Assembly: GCA_965219095.1 (NCBI GenBank)
Contig: CBDCMT010000001.1
Span: 608,001 to 672,000, forward strand
Direction: 5' to 3'
Length of the DNA: 64,000 nucleotides
Origin: Bdellovibrionales bacterium
Lineage (GTDB): Bacteria; Bdellovibrionota; Bdellovibrionia; Bdellovibrionales; UBA1609
The notes under the pieces are model-generated. The model saw nothing but the letters and a program-made list of their open reading frames with translations, ran no database searches and was not told where the DNA came from. Shown piece after piece: positions 57,937-64,000 of this stretch; the stretch's first letter is position 1, and every line of letters starts with the position of its first letter. The position numbers were made by a program, and so were the translations under genes.

Positions 57937-59076
57937 TAGTGCTTCCGTTTAGGTTTTCAGTTTCTTAAGATAGAGAAGTTATCAGTTATCAAAGTTTCTA
58001 ATTTAGATCTGTGTTTTCGTATTCCTCTAAAAAATTGACTTAAACTTCCCTTGAAATCGTCATAGTTTTCATAATATCGATTCGCCGTGACCTCTTTTTT
58101 CATAAACTTCCAAAGTCTTTCTATAGGATTTAAATTCGGTGAGTACGGAGGAAGATAAACAAGTTTTATATTCAACTCTTTCGCTAACTTCTTGACAGAC
58201 TTCGATCTATTGTATCCGGCCCCATCTAAGATAAGATGAATCTCTTTTTCATCGGAATACTTCTTAATGAATATGATAGAGCATATCACATAGAAAAACT
58301 TCGTTAACTGTCTTATAACTCCTGACTACCGTCTTCAAACTATTGATCTCAATAGCTCCACAAACATTCACTCTTTTTCTCCAGCCTGAATTGGTCTTCA
58401 CTTCAAACTTCTTACTCTCTCTTATCCAACCATATGAAATCGTAGGGCCCCACTCAGGATGTGTGGAATCAGCAAAGTAAACAGGACCGTCTTTCTTCTT
58501 AATTCTCTTGTATTTACGCACAAACTTTTTCTGCTCTTCTTTCTTTACCTTACCCGGTATCGCTGTGGCTTTTTTATAAGAAAAACCAAGGCGATGGAGA
58601 AGATCAATTACACCACTTGTTAAAGTACGTAACACCAAAATTCTCCTCAATGAACTGAATAATGGTCTGTGATGATGGAAAAATTCTTTTCTCTAATTCC
58701 TTTAAAAGCATTTTCTCCTCTTTCTTAGTTAAAAAGGACCTTTTAGGGTTGTAATTGTCGTTGATTAAGCACTCTATCCCGCCTTTGTTATAACGATCTC
58801 TATAGGCTCTTATCGTGCCCTCATCAAGGAAAAGAAAACGGGAAATATCTTTACACAACTCACCTTTATTTAAATGGAGAATTGTCATAATCCTTTTTCC
58901 GTACCTAAGATTTCTTTCTAGAGATAGTTCATAGAGTAAATCTTTTCGCTCTTTTTTTGATAGAAACCCTGACATATGAAACTATTTTTAAAAATAAATG
59001 ACTTTTTATCAAGGCCTTAGAATAAAAACTAGACCTCAACTCAAAAAAAACGGAAAACCTAAGCGGAAGCACTATA
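57935..59076 (-). mobile_element. IS630-B, full length, transposase split in three frames
   Basis: TATAGTGCTTCCG at both ends. Confidence 0.92.
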
Positions 59077-59339
59077 TAACATCAAAAACCCTTGATGAAT
59101 TTGCTAAAGCTGTAAAATTTAATAAAGATGGAAGTATGGAACTTCCATATTTTTCTTTTGATGGTGAAAACTCTAGTTTTTTCTGGTATTCACAGGGACG
59201 ACAGGCTGTTAGTCACACTTATAATGTAAAAAAGGAAGAGACTTTTACTTCTGTTTTTAGGGGTACTTATATTGTTCAATTTACAAATGACAATGGTCAA
59301 ACCTCTGATGTTTATGGTGTTAACTCTTGGGAAGATTAA
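59077..59339 (+). pseudogene. 3' remnant of an unknown gene decapitated at IS630-B
   Basis: Open frame of about 87 codons, followed by a hairpin and T-run at 59370-59402. Confidence 0.55.
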
Positions 59340-59550
59340 AACAACACAACTATCACACTTAAAAAGAGAGACTGAAATTTGGTTTCAGCCTTTTTTCTTT
59401 TTAGAGAGCACAATTAAAAGCATTTTTAAATTATATCCGTAAGTCGGTTTCTTAGTAAGTCAGTTTCTTAACAGCCCTTGACGACTTCTACGAAGAGGAT
59501 GTTTCTTAGATTTTAAACTTTATATTAAAAGAGATTTTGGTCAAGACCTC

Positions 59551-60756
59551 TTAATTTCCATTTCGCTCTTGGTGTTCTGTAAAAATATTAATCCAAATAG
59601 CAAAAGATTTTGAAGGTAAGCGATATTCACCTTTTTTGTCTCTGTTGTAGAGAATAATATTTTTCTTTTTCAAAGAGCTAAGAGCATTATCTACAGTGTG
59701 TTCATGTAGACCAGAATTTTCTATGATTTTTCCACGAGAAATCCAGCCATCTAGAAACTGTGACATATACTTTAAAAACTTCCTATAATCTAATGATTCT
59801 ATTTCTCTAAAATAAATATTATTAAAAAACCTTTCACCAAGCTGTTTTAACGCCCCCGTTTTTTTATCAAAAAGACCGATTCCAACATCCTTTTTATCAA
59901 TATTATTATCTGTATCAGCTTCAAAACAGTTATATGCAAATTGTTGTAAGAAATAAGGGTATCCTTGAGATAAATCAACTATTTCTTGAATAGCTTCTTC
60001 TGTGATTTTTGTAATTACATCATTTTTCTGGTTTGCTTCGGCTAGTCCTTTTTTTATCACTTCTATTCTCTCTGTGCCTTTCAAAACTTCTAGGCTTAAG
60101 ACATTAAATAACCTTAGTGAAGATTCGTGACTTCCTTCTAATCTTTCCATAACTTCAGAAAGACCAGAAAGACCAATGCAGACTTCATTACAACTTATTT
60201 TTGTCAGCCTTTCTGTGAGAAGTTTTAAAAATGCCCCCAAGTTAGAACTTTGTGGTGGACGATCAGCTTCATCAATTAGGATTAGAATCCCTTCAACTTT
60301 TTTGGATTCAATAATTTTTTTCATTAAATGTGCAATATCGGCAATAGTACTATAAATTTCTGTTTCTTTATTTTTAAATTTAATAACCTCTGTCTCTATC
60401 TGGCTTAAGATTTTTAAAAACTCATCTAGGTAACTTCTAAATTTATCAACCTGCTTTAACTGTGTTTTTATTTCAACAATCATTTTATTTACGATGTCTA
60501 AAAACCCAAAATGGCTTTCTAGCTCAAAGCTAACTATCAAAAACTTATGATTGTGAGTTGGAGATTTTGCTAAGTCTTCTGCATAAAAAAGAAGAGAGCT
60601 TTTCCCAATACCTCGTTCTCCTTGGATGATAAAATTTTGAGGATTGCCGTTTTTTGTTTGAACCAAAGCCCTCTTTATAGCTCTGATTTCAAATTCTCTA
60701 CCGCAAAACATTCCTGTATGGATAATGTGCCCGGGCTTGTAAGGGTTATACTTCAT
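59551..60756 (-). CDS. P-loop ATPase (AAA_16/STAND-like) with probable C-terminal winged helix
   Basis: NPYKPG, FCGRE, GERGIGKS, ILIDEAD, GYPYFLQ. Confidence 0.85.
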   Translation of the reverse strand: MKYNPYKPGHIIHTGMFCGREFEIRAIKRALVQTKNGNPQNFIIQGERGIGKSSLLFYAEDLAKSPTHNHKFLIVSFELESHFGFLDIVNKMIVEIKTQLKQVDKFRSYLDEFLKILSQIETEVIKFKNKETEIYSTIADIAHLMKKIIESKKVEGILILIDEADRPPQSSNLGAFLKLLTERLTKISCNEVCIGLSGLSEVMERLEGSHESSLRLFNVLSLEVLKGTERIEVIKKGLAEANQKNDVITKITEEAIQEIVDLSQGYPYFLQQFAYNCFEADTDNNIDKKDVGIGLFDKKTGALKQLGERFFNNIYFREIESLDYRKFLKYMSQFLDGWISRGKIIENSGLHEHTVDNALSSLKKKNIILYNRDKKGEYRLPSKSFAIWINIFTEHQERNGN

Positions 60757-60790
60757 AGGCTAACCATACAACAAAATTGATAAAAAGCCA

Positions 60791-60860
60791 CTACTGGAGG
60801 CTACCGGAGCCTACTGTAAGCTACTGGAGCCTGCTGGGGGATACCGGAGGTTGCTGGAAA
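60791..60860. repeat. Seven degenerate 10-bp tandem repeats
   Basis: Consensus CTACYGGAGS. Confidence 0.85.
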
Positions 60861-60862
60861 GT

Positions 60863-61257
60863 CCCGACTTCAGCGTTTTCTTTTCAAGAATCTAATGATT
60901 TCAAGTGATTACGCAAAACCATGATCACTACATTTTAAACGGTGCCTTATAGGATTTTTATATGATTTTAAGGGGTTAAAACTGTATATTACCCCAAATG
61001 TTGAATGGTTTTTTGGATGACTTTATTCTGCACTCTCTTGTTCTCTACAATCTGAACTGAAATAGAATTATTCTTTCTTGGAATCTTTTTTACAAACATA
61101 TTTAAATGTTAAAAGAAATTTCCAGCCTTGAAAAGACCTCAAAAAAAGATTTCTGACACTACAAATGCACTTTCTGGAAAAATACCCCCCAACTCTGTTC
61201 TAAACATAGCTCGCACACTTTTATGAAGTTTTAGTAGTGGAAAATGCTGAAGTCGGG
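60863..61257 (-). mobile_element. Internally deleted IS1634-type element (about 395 bp)
   Basis: TIR CCCGACTTCAGCRTTTTC; mini-ORF 60989-61099 MFVKKIPRKNNSISVQIVENKRVQNKVIQKTIQHLG. Confidence 0.75.
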
Positions 61258-61299
61258 ATCATAGAAAATTCTGGGCTACCTGAACATATTGTAGATAAC

Positions 61300-61567
61300 G
61301 GTAAATCAAAAAGACAGGTCACTGGTTTAAGCCATGATAGTGACCCTAAAGTACTTGCAGAAGGAGGTGAGCTTTTCGAGACAAATTCTAAACCCTTTAG
61401 CTGGCCTGGTTTTTAAGGCCTCAAAGGGTGTGTTTTCCATTTTTTTCGATTAAGCCTGTATTTTTGTGAAGGCTTACTCGAAAAAAAGGAAAAAGCAAAA
61501 AAAAGATGTAAAATAGGATTTCAAGACTTTATTTATAAACAAACCAACAAAGGAGGAAAATAAAATG
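61300..61567. mobile_element. Structured IS256-type terminal region
   Basis: Tip GGTAAATCAAAAAGACAGGTCA resembles GTTTATCAAAAAGTATGTCA at 5008; three hairpins. Confidence 0.6.
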
Positions 61568-62737
61568 GCCTCCTCAAAAGAATCTGTGGGTTCCCGGAGG
61601 TTCTGGCAGTTTTCCAAGGTTATGATATAAGGCGATTTTTATAGCTTTAGAGGTTCTAAAGCCGTAAGATTTTCTCATAGTGAGTTTTACTTTGTTGTTT
61701 AAACCCTCTACAATCCCTGAGGAGAAGGCTTTTTTAGCCTTGAAGTAATTAAGAATAAGTAGCTTATGTCTTCGTATGGTTTTTGCTTCTCTTTTCATAG
61801 GTTCAATTTTTGAAAGCATGACTCGTCTCGTCCAACTGTCTATAAATTTACCAGCCCAAGTTGGTGAAACATAGGTCCATAACTGTCGGAAGTCTTCTTT
61901 TAAAAGATAACAGAGGATACTTTTTAAATTGTACTGTATTAAATGCCTTAATTTTACTTTTTCATAAGATTTTAAATTTTCTGCATTTTTTAACAAGGGC
62001 CATCTAGCTTTTGTTAAAAGGGGTTCATACCCGTCTTCTTTCATTTTTTTGTGTTCTGAAGCTCTCACTTCGTCTAAAGCCTTATTGAGTCTTGCTACGA
62101 TATGAAACCGATCTAATATATTCAAAGCTTGACTTGCCCTTTCCTTTATTACTTTTAAATAGGGCTTCCACATATCAGAACACACAAACTGTATATCTTT
62201 TGACTTCTCTCCTAGTAAATCAAAAAACTTGTTGAAACTCTCCTCTGTTCTTTTTTCTCCTATCCATAGCAAACGAACACTTTCTTTGCTTATTTCATAG
62301 ACTAAGGTGAGATACTGATGGTTCTTTTTCCATTGTATTTCATCTACACCTATAGCTTGTATTCCCTTTAAAACCCTTTGTTTTAAACCATATTCTACGA
62401 CCCATTCTACCGAAGCATAGACCTGATTCCAACTGACATGAAACTTACAAGAAACCTCTTTCCAAGACAGGTGACGACACCAGTCTGCTAAATACTTCAT
62501 GTAAAAGATCGTTAAACTCTTCTTACCATCGGCCCAAGGTAAATACTCAACTTTTACTCCACAGCAAGAACAATTAACTCTTCTTACAAAATAAACAAAA
62601 AACACCCTGTAACTTAAAATAGGAAGGGATTCAAAGTCCCGTGATGATTTACTTCTGTCATACACTGAACAGGGCTTCTTACAAACACTACAAAAAGCTT
62701 GGCCATTTTTACGAGCCTTAATAGGAACATTAATTGA
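61568..62737 (-). mobile_element. ISL3 copy 3, cut by IS1634
   Basis: Matches 27371-28540. Confidence 0.93.
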
Positions 62738-64000
62738 CCTGAGTTCGTGCTCAAAAATGTACACTACAGACGGACGTTTTTTTGACAAGACTTTTTCCAA
62801 TAGATCTTAGTATTTTTTCTTGAACTTTATTCAAAGCTACTGTTTTGATAAGTCTAGTTTTATTTTTTCGGTCATAAAGATAGACATTATACATGCTACC
62901 GAGTTCTTCAAGAGCTTCCTCTGGAGACATCTGCATCTTTTCAAGCTTCATTTTTAGAATTGAAAGTATCAGACAAGATAAATAGCATATAAAGACATGT
63001 GATTGAACTCTGTTGTAAAGCCAATGACGAATTGGTCTCAAATTTGTTATTCCCTTTAAGGTCCTAAAAGATTTTTCGATTACCTCTTTCTTATAGTACA
63101 AATTAACAATATCTTTTGCAGAGATCTTTTTTGTAGAAAATATACAAGAGTAACCATCAAACTCAGATTCTAAATTCAACCGATCTCTCCTTAATCTTCC
63201 TGTTGGAGTAAGGTATTTTTCCAAACCTGGTTTTATATTTTTAGACAAAAGAATTTGTGCGTTTGCAATTTCGTCCAAACGAGATTCTCTTATACCTAAA
63301 GCTCTCCTTTGATTGTAACAAACAACTAAACGTCCTTTGATTTTTCCAACATTGTGATTAATGCTCTGAGCATACAAGGTACCACTTGATAACCTGATGC
63401 GATGGGATACATCAACAATAGAGTCTAGCCTTATCATTTTTCTAATCACATCCTTCTCTTTTTTTCTGAGAGCAATCCCACAAAGCGTATTCCAGCCCAA
63501 ATCATTGATTTCATTGAGGTTTCTCTCTGAGAAAATGCCTCTGTCGTAAACAAACATTCCTCCACTTAGTCCATAGTTTGCAAATCCATCGGATAAACTT
63601 AGTAGAGTCCTGCTATCGTGTATGTTTCCACTAAAAGTTTTATGAAACACTGGTATTCCTTCTTTTTGAGTTGTCACCAAACCAATTTGAATCAAAGGAT
63701 TTCCACGTTTCCCATCCTTACTCTTTCCTAATTTTCCAAGCTGACATTTGCTACCATAAAGGTATGTATTGGTAACATCGTACACCAACCCTTTTAGCTC
63801 AAGATTGTACCTTTTCTGAACACCTTGAAATATTTTCTTCTGTAAATTTTCTGGATCACTCTCTAAAGAATCTAGAGCAGAAAGCAAACGACTTTCGGTT
63901 AGATCCTCTAAATTTAGCAAAGTGTTTAAATCTGTTCTCTCATACCATTTTGGCATTTTTCTAAGGCTTTTGTAATCTAAACAGTGAGCATAGACCATGC
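62738..64000 (-). mobile_element. IS1634-family element (runs off the window)
   Basis: YDVT, GKSKD, GNIHD, YDRG, IEKSFRTLK, LRPIRHW, HVFICYL; tip CCTGAGTTCG. Confidence 0.9.

Noticed and set aside
58998..59339. 113-aa ORF as an intact gene
   Set aside because: The first 26 codons come from the IS630-B end
61298..61500. IS110 bridge RNA
   Set aside because: No IS110 recombinase in the window; the tip pairs with an IS256-type end and large internal loops are lacking
61574..62800. Intact ISL3 transposase
   Set aside because: Its N-terminus derives from the IS1634 end; the native zinc-finger start region is cut off

Overview
AT-rich bacterial chromosomal window from a diderm (lptE, TolC-family gene). 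The gene set looks Bdellovibrionota-like, which is an inference and not a database result. Housekeeping blocks are intact or nearly so: PduO-type adenosyltransferase, N-formylglutamate amidohydrolase, TolC, ResB-like, pgpA, CopA-type ATPase, aconitase, elbB, nth, DoxX, a five-gene leucine-catabolism (Liu) cluster, type II glutamine synthetase, recG, purA, class V aminotransferase, lptE, holA. Between them lie stacks of nested, mostly broken insertion sequences covering roughly 40% of the window by hand count (IS630, IS3, IS66, ISL3, IS256, IS982, IS5/IS903, IS481, IS1634 types), with several miniature derivatives and microhomology-joined junctions. Accessory cargo includes an AbiE type IV toxin-antitoxin pair, a P-loop ATPase preceded by a 10-bp tandem array, a TPR protein, a secreted trypsin-like protease, two large unknown exported proteins and a three-gene putative metal-trafficking operon. 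The most unusual signals are two conserved genes lacking a canonical start codon, structured non-coding regions inside ISL3 and IS256-type ends, a 90-bp hairpin and a duplicated copA 3' tip. No tRNA, rRNA or CRISPR array was seen. All calls are by eye; no searches were run.
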